DNA of 63,928 bases, counting the filler, from Saprolegnia diclina VS20 (taxonomy: Eukaryota): the NCBI RefSeq assembly GCF_000281045.1. It is 3 parts of 2 records of this genome, joined end to end, with 100 filler letters (N's around TTAATTAATTAA, not from the genome) between each part and the next. Parts side by side here need not be neighbours in the genome. Positions count along the whole stretch, not along the records: positions 1 to 18,782 come from NW_008246149.1; 2 more parts are not named here. One strand, 5' to 3'. The notes under the pieces were generated by a model, which saw nothing but the letters and a program-made list of their open reading frames with translations, ran no database searches and was not told the origin of the DNA. A program made the translations under genes and the position numbers. Shown piece by piece: positions 1-12,926 of the stretch; position 1 is the stretch's first letter; the number at the start of each line of letters is the position of its first letter.

Positions 1-342
1 GCGATGGCTAGATATGCGAGATGGCACGTTTGTATTTGGCTTGGGGCTAGGGCAGCGAGTGGTCGCGTCGAAGGACTTTGCCGCGTCCAGGCACTGGTTG
101 TATGTAGCATACAAACATCAACTGAGTAGGATCTTGGAGGTTGCGTATATATTGCAGTGATCGGTATCTTTGGTGGCGGACAGCGTGAGCTTTGATAGCC
201 CGTCGATTCGTACCAAACCTCAGTCGTCGTAGGTTACACTCCAGTGTGTTGTGGTGACTGGTGACGGCCGGTATACATGAAGTGGTAGTCGCACGCATGT
301 GACGTTGAGGTCGCAGCAGGGTGTTTCTTATGCCTTCCTGTG

Positions 343-700
343 TCACCTACAGAAATATAGGTACAGAGAATTGGGGTTGACAACGGGAGGCGACGAGCAA
401 TGGTACCACCAAAGCCTTGGTAGCATCGCCATGTATGTGAGGCTGAACCCAGGAGTTAAACCCGCGTAGCCCTCGGCTGTCACGAGCACCTTGGCGATGC
501 GCGCCTGGATCAGCGACGCCCACTCGGTGACCGACGACCGCGGCGTGCGTCTGCTGGGAGTAGAGCTTGGGCGGCAGCCGTTGCTGCAGTGCCGACGACG
601 GGTGCATCGCATACAGCGTCTCGGCGAGCGCATGGAACTCGCGGTACCGGCGCTCGACGGTGAATTCAGGGCCGTTGGGCCACAGCGTCGTCACGATCAC
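343..700 (-). pseudogene. PX-domain-like fragment, probably degenerate
   Basis: ORF 347..700 reads EFTVERRYREFHALAETL...LPPK, matching the PX RRY(S/R)EF and proline-loop motifs. There is no ATG start, and the plausible continuation switches frame (343..633). Confidence 0.4.
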
Positions 701-1057
701 ACACGCCGGATCAACGCCACGGTAGAGTCAAACTCGGTAGACAAAAGACCCGTCGAGATAGATGTACTAGTATGCTCTTGAGTGGATCAAGCAGCGCTGC
801 ATGTCAGCAACTGTAGTTGAAACGGACTCTTACTTTAATCCAACCGCGTTGCACTCACACCAGTACCCCTCAGGCCTGCATATGCACAAGGGTGTTATGC
901 GGTGATCCACTGCCATTGCCCCTCAGCGTTGTGCCGGCTCGTTCTCAAAGGCCATTGGTGGAGGTGAATCTTTCCGCGCCAATGGCATCGCGCGACAGCA
1001 GGTCAGACCAATCACAGCGCTTCGTAAAAGATCGCAACCTGCCCCACGGATCAATCG

Positions 1058-2106
1058 ATGGTGGACGCCATGCCGCTCTCGGCTGCGATGGCCCTCGGGA
1101 GTGTCTGCCTCCTCGCGGTCGCCGCCTTTATTGTACTCCTCCGACGTGCGCACATGTTGTCATCATGACATTTTCGTAGACGTTTACGGGCTACAAGCAC
1201 TTTACGACATCGCTCGTTTTACAAGGCGCCATTCTCGGTGGCTACCTCGTACTGCTGTGGCCGATCCGCTGAAATGTAAGACGATAACCTCGTAGGGCTG
1301 GGCATGGGGCACGTCCATGGGCTCCTCGAATGCGTTCCTGAGCCTCGGTGTCGCGGTCGGCGTCGCGCTCGTCCTCGGCGTGCTCACGTATCTTCTCAAA
1401 ACCATTGTCCAGTTTCTCTTTGGTAATTCCATTTTGCTGCACCAATGCCCTTTCACTAACGACAATATTGTGCAGGCGCGGCGCTCGGGATCCAGCTCGG
1501 CTCGATGCTCAACGTCGTCTACCTTCACAGTACGCTTCCTCAAGCAGGACGAGGATGACGTACTCATGAGTAGCACTCGACGCCTCGCGACCGAATGCGA
1601 TCGGGTATTATACCATGGCGGGCTGCGGTGCTGTCTTTGGACTCGTTGCTTGCATTCCGCGCCGGTTTGCTTGCGGTTGAAAGAATGGAGTCTGAAGCGA
1701 CCGTGGCTAGGCCGATCCATGTGCTCTTGACGGCGTGGGTGGGTGCCTACTGGTTTGTGCAAGGCATCGGCAACATGGCGGGCGGGTACGTCGCTCGCCC
1801 ATACGCCAATACAATAATCGTACATTAGGTTTCCGGCCCTCTTCAACCCTTTCCCTAATGGCATCCCCGCCGCCGTCCCCGTCAGTGTACGCCCTTCGTC
1901 TTGTTTTCATCCTCATTTTGAACTGGATGCGGTAGTATTATGTGTACATGGGCGGTTGGGTCCTCCTAGGACTCTTGGGGTCGGTGCTTCAATTTCAGAG
2001 CACAGCCCTTGATGTCGACCACCATGCGCCGACGACGGACGATGACGTTGATCTCGAGAAGGAGCATGCGTCCGACGACTCGTCGGTCGCCTACTGGCGT
2101 CACTAG
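1058..2106 (+). CDS. DUF4203/TMEM198 (TM7S3)-like multi-pass membrane protein, multi-exon
   Basis: Exons assembled by eye across short GT-AG introns: MVDAMPLSAAMALGSVCLLAVAAFI / TFTGYKHFTTSLVLQGAILGGY / LSLGVAVGVALVLGVLTYLL / GAALGIQLG / VLLTAWVGAYWFVQGIG / YYVYMGGWVLLGLLGSVLQF...YWRH*. The GY(K/R) and T-x3-G-A-Y motifs fit this family. Confidence 0.65.
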
Positions 2107-2390
2107 TAGTCGCAGCATCTTACCACCTCTTCGAGCTAAGCGTCGAGTTCCCCCGACTCTGTACTACTCCATGGCACCCTCTACTGCACATCGATCATGT
2201 GTGCTGGAATGCAGTGTCGGTTGGAGGCGCTGCAACGACGCTGTAGCGTCCTAGATGGGATCGAGGTCCTTCCCTAGTCCAAGCACGTGGACCTGGGTTC
2301 GATTCCGCGGGTGGACTATATCATTTGTGGCGTTTGCGGCGTTACGGAAAAGTCGTTTATGCGGTTTAAAATCAAGAAAATAGAGGCCAT

Positions 2391-4650
2391 TTACAAGGCC
2401 GCGGCTTCGTTGGCCGTGACGCTTTGGTCGTCGTCGATCGGCGCCGGCGCCGGCTCGGTGCTCGTGAGCGTCGCGCGGGACTTGCGCAAATTCTTCTTCA
2501 TTTTCTCAAAGATCTTTTGGTCGGCGCGCGAGACGGACGGGAAGACGGTCTGGAACGCCGACTCAAAGTGCTTCTTCTGGATGCAGAGACCGGTCTCAAT
2601 GTGCGTCTTGTCGGCCTCGCGAAGCACAGCGACACCGGCTTCGCGCACGAGGGCGCTGAGATCCGCGCCCGAGAAGCTGTCGCAACGCGGGTCGGTCGCG
2701 ATCGCCTCCAAATCCAGCGTTGGGTCCATCTTGCACTTCTCGCTCAACGTCGAGAGGATCTGGAAGCGCTCGGCGGCGTGCGGCAGCGGCACGTAGAGCA
2801 GCTTGTCGAGGCGGCCGGGGCGGAGCATGGCCGGGTCGATGATGTCCGGGCGGTTTGTCGCCGCAATCACGACCACGTTCTTCCGGGCGTCCAGACCGTC
2901 CATTTCCGTGAGGAGCTGGTTCACAACGCGCTCGCTGACGCCGTTGCCGCCGTCGCTCATGCCGCGGCGCGGGCACAACGCGTCGAGCTCGTCGAAAAAC
3001 ACAATGCACGGCGACGACGCGCGGGCGCGCTCAAACACCTGGCGCACCGCGCGCTCCGACTCGCCAACGTACTTGTCGAGGAGCTCGGGGCCCTTGACCG
3101 AAATAAAGTTGGCGCCACTCTCGTTCGCAATCGCCTTGGCGAGCATCGTCTTGCCGCAGCCCGGCGGGCCGTACAGGAGAACACCCGCCGGCATCTTGAG
3201 CCCGAGAGCCTCAAACCGCTCGGGGTGCTGGAGCGGATGCAAAATCGAAAGCACGAGCTCGGCGCGGACTTCGACGAGCGCGCCGACATCGTTCCACGTG
3301 ACATCCGGAATCGTCGCAAAGCCTTCGCGCTTCGAGCTCGGCTGCACCTTGGGGACCGCTTGGAGAAAGTCATCCATGTTGACGCTCAGTGGCTCGAGTT
3401 GTTCGGGCGTAAATGGCGCCACGGACCGAATCTCGTCGTTGATGGACGTCTCGGCGGTCCCGGCGCTCGGTGTCTCCTTGTGCAAGAGCGTCGAAAAGAC
3501 GCGGTTGACGGCCAGCACGGCGGCTTCCTTTGTGAGCGAGACCAAGTCGGCGCCCACGTACCCCGGTGTCCGGCGCGCCAAGTCTTTGAAATCAATGTCG
3601 CCCGAGAGACGCATCTTGGACGCGAGCACCGACAGAATCTTTTCGCGGGCGTCGGCGTCGGGGATCCCGAGGCAGATTTCGCGGTCAAAGCGGCCGGCGC
3701 GGCGCAGTGCCTGGTCCAAATCGTTCGGGCGGTTGGTCGCACCGATCACAAGCACGGGCTTGCCGCCGGTGTTGGCCAGACTCAGCGTGTCCGTGCTCGT
3801 GAGCAGCTGCGCGACAATGCGCTTCTCCATGCCGCGCGACGACGTCTCGCGCTTGGGCGTGATCGCGTCGATCTCGTCGATAAAGATGATGGACGGCGCG
3901 TTCGCGATCGCTTGGTCAAAGAGGTCCCGGACCTTTTGCTCCGACTCGCCCGACATGCCCGACACGATCTCGGGCGCGCTCACCTTGAGGAAGCACGCGC
4001 CGCTCTCGCCCGCAATGGCATTGGCGAGCATCGTCTTGCCCGTGCCCGGCGGGCCGTGCAAGAGGATCCCGCGCGGCGGCTCGACGCCGAGGTGCGTGTA
4101 AATCTCGGGGTGCGTCAGCGGGTACTCGATGAGCTCTTGGACTTCCTTGAGGATCGCTTGGATACCGCCGACGTCCGAGTACCGCGTCGTCGGTCGGGAC
4201 ACGATAAAGTTGTCGTTGGCGACCGCCGCCGTCTCGGGGCGCGTGCGCTTGGCCTTCTTGGGCTTGTCGCTCTCGGCCTTCTCGGCCTTGGCGGCCTCGG
4301 CGGCGTACGTCTTGGTGATCGAGTTGTTGAGGAGGTTCACAGGCGGCGGCGCCGACGCTTCAAGGGCCGCAGCTTGCTTTTCGTCGTCGTCGTCGTCGTC
4401 TTCGCTGCGCGGGCGCTTGGTGCTAGTCAGGCGACGATGAGCAATGCAAGTGACGGCGAGATTACCCTTCGGACTTTGGAGTGTTTTTGGCGATCGCCTT
4501 TTGCACCATCTTCTTGAGCGGGCCATGCGGCTTGCGCGAGTACTCGTTGTACGTCGAGAGGAGGTGCGAGAGCACGCTCGACTCGCTCGGCTTGATGTCC
4601 TCGTTCTCACGCAGGAACTTGCGCACGTGGAAGTTGACCTTGGCCTCCAT
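2391..4650 (-). CDS. NVL: Nuclear VCP-like AAA+ ATPase (NVL/Rix7), ribosome biogenesis; 2 exons, intron 4423-4465
   Basis: Two AAA modules ([14 protein letters not shown] and [14 protein letters not shown]) with the NVL-typical linker [17 protein letters not shown]. The N-terminal exon MEAKV...EYSRK resembles the NVL nucleolin-binding domain. Confidence 0.92.
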
Positions 4651-5367
4651 CGCAAGGGTCGGCTAATGGCCAATCAAGCGGCGCGCGTGGCATCCCACAT
4701 GTCGCAGTTTTTATTTTCGGCATCACGTGCCACGCTCTCTCTGCCGTTGAAGCGAGGATCTCGTGGCCTACTTTGATCTTGCGTGCGAGTGGTGCATGCG
4801 AAACCCGCGTTAATGGGCTACTGGGCTGGCAACGAAGCTTCGCTGGTGTAGGCACAGAGCTCGGTGTCGCTGGCTAGAACCTTCGCATAACGTTAGCCAT
4901 TTACTGTAGGCTCTGCGCTGGATCTGCGGGTGGGCTGCGACCTCGGCACTGGGGATGTATATTATCAAGGTCCGATTCGGTGCGACGAGCGGCCTTAGCT
5001 TGCAGACTGTACTAGAACTGGTACGAGCTGCGCGTGCAATTTACTGTGGCTGCAGGTGGCTGAATGAGGTCACGACTTCAATTCGGCACATGATGCCGAA
5101 TCCAAGACGCCACGTCGCATTAATTCGTTTTTCAACTTATATAGTTGGTGTTTGTATCGGCATTTCATTTTCCGTATTTAAAATACCCACACTGCAGGAT
5201 GCGAGTTGCGACCTCCCTTATATATCAGCCAATGAGATGCAACCATAGGGGTCGGCTGCCGGTGATTGGTCGTAATGTATAGGTGGCACCCCGCTCCGAT
5301 GTCATTGGTGGTGTGGGCTGCGTGGCTGGCGCCGCCAAGCTTGGTATTCGTATAGACGACTCTAAGA

Positions 5368-6491
5368 ATGCAAGCCCAAGCTGCGACCAACCTGGCTGCC
5401 TACGTGCAGGCGATCCTGAAGGAGCCGACGGCTGTCGCCGCCGAGGCCGCTGGTGCCCATGCGCTCGCCAAGACGGACGCGCTCCTTGCGGTCAAGGACC
5501 AGGACACGGACGTCGAGGGCGCGTTCAAGCTCCTGCTCAAGGCCACGGGCGCCACGCACGTGCCGGAGCTGCTCAAGAAGCTCTCGGCCGACACGACGAC
5601 GAACGCGACCTTGAAGCTCCGCATGTACGCTCCCATCGCGCGGCAACGCAAAGCTCATGGCACTTGTTCTGTAGCCTCGCCGAAGTGTTCAACAGCCTTC
5701 CGGCCGCGAACGCGCTCCGCTTTGAGACGCTCGTTAACATCATCAACTATGCGGGTGCAACGAACCAAGTGCACTTGATCAAGAGCTACTTGAACGACAT
5801 GGACGCGCTCGTGGCGGGCGTCGCGCCGGCCAACCTGCAGAGCGTGTACCTTAGCATCGCCGACCTTCTCGAAAAGGAGGTCGACGGCCAGCACCAGTCG
5901 CTTCTCTTCCTCGAGAAGTACTTGAACCTCTTTGAATCTGAGAAGGATGTCTCCAAGGCCAAGCCGGCCGCGATCCGCGCCGCTGTCGCCGTCATCAAGG
6001 CGCCGGTCGAGGCCTTTGTTGCGCATGTCGAGCTCCTCCACCTCAAGGCTGTCCAGCAGCTCAAGGGCGCCGACAAGATCTACGACCTCCTCGAAATCTT
6101 CACGTCCAAGTCGCTTGCCGACTACGTGGCCTTTGAGAAGGCGTCGGCCGCGACGCTCAAGGCCCACGGCCTCGACAGCGCGGTCTGCACCTCGCACATG
6201 CGCCTCCTCACGCTGTGCTCGTACCCGACGGGCCACGACGCGATCGCGTACGCCGACATTGAGCGCACGCTCCAGGTGCCCGCCGCTGATGTCGAGCAGT
6301 GGGTCGTCAAGGCCATCACGGCCAACTTGATCTCGGCCAAGATCGACCAGCTCGGCCGGTCCGTCGTCATCACGCGGTCGCTTCAGCGCGGCTTTGGCCC
6401 CGCCGAGTGGGCGGCCTTGCAGGCCAAGCTCTCGCTGTACCAGGCCAACGTGGGCAGCCTCCTCGCGACCATCCGGCAGGCGCGCCAGTAA
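5368..6491 (+). CDS. eIF3m: Translation initiation factor 3 subunit M (PCI domain); intron 5625-5674
   Basis: The spliced ORF gives LKLRILAEVFNSL...RFETL, MRLLTLCS, VEQWVVKAITANLISAKIDQ and RGFGPAEWAALQAKL, all typical of eIF3m. Confidence 0.88.
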
Positions 6492-6632
6492 TTATCTCCC
6501 TAAGATAGTAGTTTTATGTCGCTATTTCTTACGACCAATTCCGTATTTCGTATGTGATGCTATCAATTCGTACCTAAGTGGCTGCAATTCCTACTTGGCG
6601 GCGCTATAGTTGGATCCGAAACAGCCTGCAGC

Positions 6633-8473
6633 ATGAAGCCGAGGAAAGCATCGCTCATGGCGCCGATCGCGACCGCCCGCCGGCGCCGGTCGTCGGTCGC
6701 CCGCGCGACGCCGCTCCTGCCCGTCAACGTGCTGCACGAAGCGCTTCTCGAGCCCGAAGACATAGCCATTGACGCGCTCGATACGCTCTTGAACGGCCTC
6801 ATACGCTCGATGGAGGAAAACGCGCTGCGCAAAGCCACGGTACGCGCCCACCACTTGTCGCGCTGACATGCACCGCTTGCGTAGCTCGCGTACACGGCGT
6901 GTGTCGCCACGAGCTGCGTCATGGGCATGTTAGGCATGATGATGCTGCCACACACCAAGACACCGGAGTCGGTCGACGACGCAGCCGAGCACGTGGCACC
7001 GACGCCGGCGCCCATCGACATTTGGTCCAAGGCCACGGTGCCGTCCAAGCGCAAGCCGCTCGGGCGGTCCAATACGCACCGCGGAACCACCGTTGGCGGC
7101 GCGTCGCCCACACGCGAGAGCCAAAAGTCGATCTCGCCCAAGCGCAGTCCGAATAAGACCGCGCCGCATCAAGCAAGTCCGGCGCTGACGCTGCCCGAGA
7201 CGACGACAACCTCCGACGTGGATGTAGCGATTGCCGTGCAGTTTGCAGCGTCGTACGTCGACGTGGTGCCCATCACGCTCGAGGAGCTCGCGCGGCGTGA
7301 GACCATTGAACGCATCTTGGCTGCGGACGCCGACCGCGTCAAGCGCATCGAGGTCGACGAGGCGCGCGCCCGCGCGACCGCAACGCTCGTGACCGATCCG
7401 GACGAGCTCGAGAAGCAGCTGCCGCGCCCACCGGACGAACCGATCGAGTCCGAGGTCGTGCTCGTTGATGAAAAAGAGCTGCTTGTCGGCGAGAATTCGC
7501 TGCTCGTATCGCGCCGGTCCAAGAAGGATCTGCTCCGGCGGTTGCCGCCGCCGCGCCTCGAGCCGCAGATCGTCGTTCCTTCCGGCGACTCGGCGCGGGG
7601 GCAGAGCCCTAGTACGTCTCGCAACGCACGTGGTGCGTCGCGTGGCACATCGCGGGCATCGGTGCGGCCAAAGCTGACGCTCAAGCCCAAGACGCCGCTC
7701 TCGCGCCTCACGCCCTTGGTACACAAGTGACGAGTTGGCCTTTCTCAGTTTGCACTTAGAACTTCTCGACGCCGGCCGACAACGCCAAGCTCTTTATCCG
7801 CTACGAGGCGCTCAACGGCGGCCCGGTCTTTGACGATGCGTCGAGCCCTGTCTCGCGCGGCGTCGTCATCCGGCACAAAGGATTCGAAAAGCGGGGAGCG
7901 GATTGGAAGGCGAGCGACACGAGTGATGCCTTGTCCCGGGTACGTCTTCACGATGCGAGACGCTTTTGTGCAAGCTGCAGAGTAGACCGAGTCAGAGCCA
8001 ACGCTGCGACCGTCTCGGAAAAAACGGCCGTCGCGCGCCGACCTCGTCGAGGCCAATGTTCTCCGCGTTGCGCCGGCGACGCCACCGGTGGCATCCAACC
8101 CCCCGGTGCTACCACAGCCCGTACACCACGTACGTACCTTGGCTTTGAGAACGATGCAGCAGGCTTCGATGCGCTAGCACGACGAGGTCAAGTCGCTCAC
8201 GATGCGCATTCGAACGCCGGCGTGTCGGTCCCGCCGGTCCCGCCGCGTGGTCGACGTCAACGACCGCGACGATGCCATGGTGCGAGACACGGCTCCTCGC
8301 CCACTTGTGAACGATGCGACTAGATCTTTGAGCCGCAAAAGGTCGTGCTGCGGCAGCTCAAGCTGCCCCACATCCACGACCGGGAGGCGTCGTCGTCCAT
8401 CTCAGTCCAGAACAAATCGCTGCCGCTGCCGCTCCTCGCAGGTCGGTCGGGGACACCGCCGCAAGGACGGTGA
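6633..8473 (+). CDS. Hypothetical multi-exon protein, weak C2orf81/DUF4639-like motif
   Basis: Coding-like exons joined by short introns (first donor ~6841). The motif PTPAPIDIWSKATVP resembles P..IDSWA.G.VP. The last exon ends ...GTPPQGR*. Confidence 0.55.
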
Positions 8474-8579
8474 CGGCACTCGATGGTTGGTATTATTTAA
8501 GCCGGAAGAAAGCCTTCACTAGACATTGTGTGAGAATCACCAAGGACAGCAAGGGATGTCCAGAACGTACCACGCGAAG

Positions 8580-9583
8580 TCAGTTGGCTGTAGAGCGTCG
8601 TGGCAGGCGCCGGCCCAAGCCGGTCCGTGCACCATGTATAGGCGTCCGAGACGAGCGCCGTCTTGCGCTTCTTGCTCGGTGGTGCGTCGTCGGCGGGTGG
8701 TGCGTCGTCTTGCGTCCGCTTGCGACTGCTCTCGTCTGCTGCGCGGGGCGGTGTCAGCCAATACGTGGGCGCTGGCCGGTACGCTGCGCTAATATAGGCC
8801 TGTACGACCGACGGGGGACGTCGTGGAGGCTATGAACGCTGGTAGGAATGCAAACAAGATGGGAGTGGAATACCATGGCCTGGATGGCCGCGAGCTTGGT
8901 GGTGAGCGCTGCCATGTCCTGGCGCACCTCGGTCAGCTCTTCGTGGACAACGCGCGCCTAACGCCGCCACGTCACTTCAGATGCGTCCTATTCCATCGTA
9001 GAAGAAGTGGTACAGAGGAGTAGGTGAGTGTGGCTTGAAGTCGCAGACGGCTGGTCTCGCTGAGGGCAAACGTCTTGTCGACGGGATGCTGGGCGAGGAG
9101 CTCCTCAAACGGCAGCACAATGTGCCCGAGCACGACGTCGGGGCTAAAGCGCATGGCGTGCTTGACTTCAATGTACACGGATGCGCTAAGCGACGGGAGC
9201 GCGTCAAAATGGAGTGTCTCGTGCCACTGCGGCGTCGGCAGCCGCTGTCGCCGCGTCCGTTGCGTGCCACCCGGCGCCGGTACGATCCGCGCCTGGACGT
9301 ACGCCATGTCTGTGCCCAATATGGAAAAAGCCATTGAAGGATATGCATCCAGCCGAATGTTGTCGCCCGCGCCGACGACGACCTCGAGCCGCGCGAGGCT
9401 CTGCCCGTCCGTGCTGTAGCCGATGCCTGTCGCTGCGTCCGTAAGCTCGGCCTCTTTGGCACTCATGAGCTGGCCCTCGAGGATGATCTGGCGCCGCCGG
9501 AGCGCGAGGATCTGGCGCTTGATGCGCTCTTCAAGGCCACCGTCCGACGACGTCTTGGCCTCGAGCACCCGGCGTCCGGCCAT
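8580..9583 (-). CDS. C2-domain protein flanked by coiled coils, multi-exon
   Basis: LEVVVGAGDNI...AYVQARI...PQWHETLHF...VYIEVKH...DVVLGHIVLPFEEL matches the C2 fold pattern. Coiled-coil-like segments lie on both sides. The 3' exon boundaries are approximate. Confidence 0.7.
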
Positions 9584-10050
9584 GCTCGGCGATCTGAAAA
9601 ATGGTTGGCGTCGCTGATTGGCCAAAACACACGCGCCAATCACATCGCGTACAAAGTGAAATTTGGCAAGTTGAAGTGCAATCTTCTTCTTCGCTGAACG
9701 AATCTCAGATCCCAGGTCCTTGCCAGATGTCGAGAGCCGACTGCAGTCGAAGCGAGCAGCACATCCAGAGCTCTCATCTAGACGCATGGCAGGTACCAAG
9801 GGTATATAAGAGATGCAAACCTTATATACCCTTGCAGGGACTAAACTGTGGAAGCGACAATATAGTATCTTGCCATGCAGCTCACCGCCCTTGTGAGACC
9901 GGTTCCCAGTTGGTATCAGCGCCGTTCTCCAACTCACTGTCGATAGATCAGCCAAAGGCGCGTTGTGCTGAACACGAGTGTTTCCACTTGTATAACTACT
10001 AACCTGTGTTATATACACGAACTAACCTTCCTTATCATCTCCGTCTCCTT

Positions 10051-11955
10051 CTATGCCGGGTTGGACGCGAGCTCCTGCGCGTGCTTGGCGCAGAACCCGT
10101 TGCGCTGGGCCCACTTCTTGCACTGGGGAAACTCGCAGCGCTTGCCGCCGCCGTGGCCACGGCAAAAGCCGCCCGACTGGCAGCTCTTGGTGCAGCCTTC
10201 AAATTTGCACCGGACGCCACCGCCGTGCTGCTTGCAGAGGCCTCGCGACTGCGCCGTCTTGGGGCAGCCTTCCATGCGGCACGGCTTGCCACCACCGTGG
10301 GCGATACATAGGTGGCCCGTCTGCGCGCTCTTCATGCAGCCCTCAACCTTGCAGCGACGACCGCCGCCGTGCACCTTGCACATGCCTTTGGTCCGCGCAA
10401 TGTTGTTGCAGCCCGGCGACATGCAAAACTTGGCGTACGCCGCCGAGTTGCCAGGTGCCGCCATCGCCGCCGCGTCCGGTGCGTACTTGGGCTCGTACTT
10501 GGGCTCGTACTTGCCGGCGTCGTAGTGCGCCGTGTATTTTTGCTCGTAATGGGCCGGCGACGGCGCCGCCGCACTGGCATACGCCGACGGGAGGTGGCCG
10601 TAGTGGTGCAAATGGTGTTGTTGCTGCTGCTGCTGGTGCTGGTGCGCGGCAGCTTGCATCGCATAGTTGCTCTGCTGGTACATGGCCGCTTGTTGCTGCT
10701 GCTGGTACATGTGGGGACCGTTCGTGTAGTACGCGCCGGCCTGCGGCGCCATCGAGTACTGCTGCATGGACGGGTGTTGCGACAAGTGCGACGCGTGGAG
10801 TTGCTGTTGTTGCTGCTGCTGTTGCTGTTGCTGTCGGTACGTGTCGTGGTACATGTGCATCGTCGGGTGCGTCATGTGCGACGTCTGTTGCTGCATGTTC
10901 AAGCCCGGGTACTGTGTGTTGATGGGCTGGCGCGCCGCGGTGTTGGCGAGGCCGCGCACTGGCTGCTGCTGGCTCATCGCGCTCATCGTGGCCGCGTGCT
11001 GCTGCAAGCTCCGTTCGTCACTGCCCTGGCCGGGGTATGACGGGTGCATGCCGTTGTTGGCTTGCGCAGAGGCCGACGGCGCTGCATTGGCGGCGGGCAG
11101 CTGCGTCGGCGCCGGCGCGGGGGTGGCTTGCGATGGGTGTTGCGGGTGTTGCTGCGGCGGGCGGGCATTGGCCGGCGCCGGCTTCTCGCGCGGCGGGTAT
11201 GTTGTCGGTTGGACAATCTTGTCGTCGAGGAGGTTGTCCAGGTTGTCGACCGACACGACGTACTCGTTGTCGTCGTCTTCGGCGACCTCTTCGGCGGCGT
11301 ACTTGGCGACGTCGCTCTCGATCGACTCGAGGCAGTTGGCGAGCGTCTGGAAGCGGAAACTGTCTTGGGACGTCATCGGACGCTGCAGCGCCGAGTTGGA
11401 GGTCGCGTTGAGGATGCCCTGCAGCACGTCAAAGCTCTTCTTGCGCGTCATGCCGTCCGCGTGCATGATGAACGACTTGAACATGTTAGAACTCGAGAGC
11501 CGCTTGAGCTCTTCCGCGGGGATCTCGTCGCCGAGGCTGCGGAGGAGTTCGGTGGCTTCCGTGCGGCTAATGCCACCGGGCGCCTGCGTTTCGAGGAGGC
11601 CCACGAGCGCCGAGACGCTGGCCTTCTTCTCGTTCATCGAGAAATTCTGCGAGCTCAAGAGGCGCTTAAGCTTGGTCGCGCTCTCCTTGACGTTGAACTT
11701 GCGCTCTTGGCTCGCGCTGTCGTACGGGTACTGGGCGTGGAGGAGCTGCTCGGCGCGCATCTCGGCGGCGGCGGCGTCATCGCCAGACACGAGCGTCCGC
11801 AGTTTGGCCCACGACTCCTTGCGCTCCATGGAGAAGGATGAGACGTCGACGCAGTCCATCATATCGCGCAGGAGCTGCGCGTTCACAGGCACCTCGCTCG
11901 GAGGCGGCGCGTGCTGCCGCGTGGGCGGTCCTTGCTGTTGCTGTTGTCCTTGCAT
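10051..11955 (-). CDS. Gln-rich protein with C-terminal WRKY19-like Cys/His zinc-finger repeats (putative transcription factor)
   Basis: Single 634-aa ORF with five tandem CxxxGCxxxxxxxxxCxxH repeats, the first four ending in HGGG. It also has polyQ tracts and KYEP repeats. Confidence 0.85.
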   Translation of the reverse strand: MQGQQQQQGPPTRQHAPPPSEVPVNAQLLRDMMDCVDVSSFSMERKESWAKLRTLVSGDDAAAAEMRAEQLLHAQYPYDSASQERKFNVKESATKLKRLLSSQNFSMNEKKASVSALVGLLETQAPGGISRTEATELLRSLGDEIPAEELKRLSSSNMFKSFIMHADGMTRKKSFDVLQGILNATSNSALQRPMTSQDSFRFQTLANCLESIESDVAKYAAEEVAEDDDNEYVVSVDNLDNLLDDKIVQPTTYPPREKPAPANARPPQQHPQHPSQATPAPAPTQLPAANAAPSASAQANNGMHPSYPGQGSDERSLQQHAATMSAMSQQQPVRGLANTAARQPINTQYPGLNMQQQTSHMTHPTMHMYHDTYRQQQQQQQQQQQLHASHLSQHPSMQQYSMAPQAGAYYTNGPHMYQQQQQAAMYQQSNYAMQAAAHQHQQQQQQHHLHHYGHLPSAYASAAAPSPAHYEQKYTAHYDAGKYEPKYEPKYAPDAAAMAAPGNSAAYAKFCMSPGCNNIARTKGMCKVHGGGRRCKVEGCMKSAQTGHLCIAHGGGKPCRMEGCPKTAQSRGLCKQHGGGVRCKFEGCTKSCQSGGFCRGHGGGKRCEFPQCKKWAQRNGFCAKHAQELASNPA

Positions 11956-12926
11956 CGGGGGCGGCCTCCTCCAAGTGTCTCAGACGCTGTTTTCCACACT
12001 GAGCCAACCAAGTCGATGGGCCGGAAACCAAAGTTATTTTGCATTTGCTTTTTATCTCTTGCACAATGTATGCAACTCCGCGGTCTTTAAATACGCTGCG
12101 ACATGCGACAATAGAGCGATGCCATTGGCGGAAAGGAGCTAGAAAGGCAATCGATTGGCCAAAAGGCGCCGCACGCGGCCGCGACATGTGCTGCGACACG
12201 CTCCCAGCGGTCAACAGCGCGCTTGCGACACGGCCATGCGTCGCCTGCAACGGATGCGGGCATGCATGCAAGGCCACGCCGATCTGGCCCGCCGACGCCA
12301 ATGACGCTGGGCGCAGGGAGCGTGGCAGGCCGCGCTCACCGCCGAGGGCGCAGCTGCGTGAGATCAACGATTCGCGCTCAGAGCCACTCTGCTCAGACGC
12401 GGTCCGACGTCGGGGCTGTTCGCTGGTCTACCCTGCTGTTTGTATGTGCGCCACAAAGGGTTCTGTCATCCACGCCCCAAGTGCCGTGCGGGCCCGGGCC
12501 CGGTACACTCTTATTGGCGCGCACCGTTCGACAGCGTTCGTACACTGTTCGTACGCCGGTATCGATCCCCTTCCAGTAGAGCCGCGTCACTGACGCTGGA
12601 CGCTGACCCGTTCCGCCTCCAAGAGGCGTACGATTGGGTCCCACTCCTGTGCTACAGTGGTGCACAGAGTGTTGGTGGCGCTTGCCACGACGGCGGAAGA
12701 TCGCTGCATCGAGGGCACGACCGCCTCTGCGTGAGCTCTGGCTTGCAGCAGCGATGACAGTCCGCACTGGATCGTGGGCATGTCGCGTGTTACGTGGCGA
12801 CTGACTGGATCTGCGTTGGAACAGAAGGAGGACGGATCGTCGAGTCCGCGCTGTACATTCTGCTGTCCAACTCGCCTTTGCAACCGACGCGCCTCTGGGC
12901 GAGATGATCGTGATCGCTCCATTCCT

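Noticed and set aside
2424..4517. Long antisense ORFs (697 aa here; also 25626-27161, 31573-33294, 10766-12142)
   Set aside because: These are shadow ORFs caused by GC-rich codon bias opposite real genes. The Cys-rich one is simply the antisense of CAG/polyQ repeats.
10485..10515. GTACTTGGGCTC tandem repeat and nearby CAG tracts as a CRISPR or regulatory array
   Set aside because: They are in-frame coding repeats (KYEP, polyQ) with no spacers.
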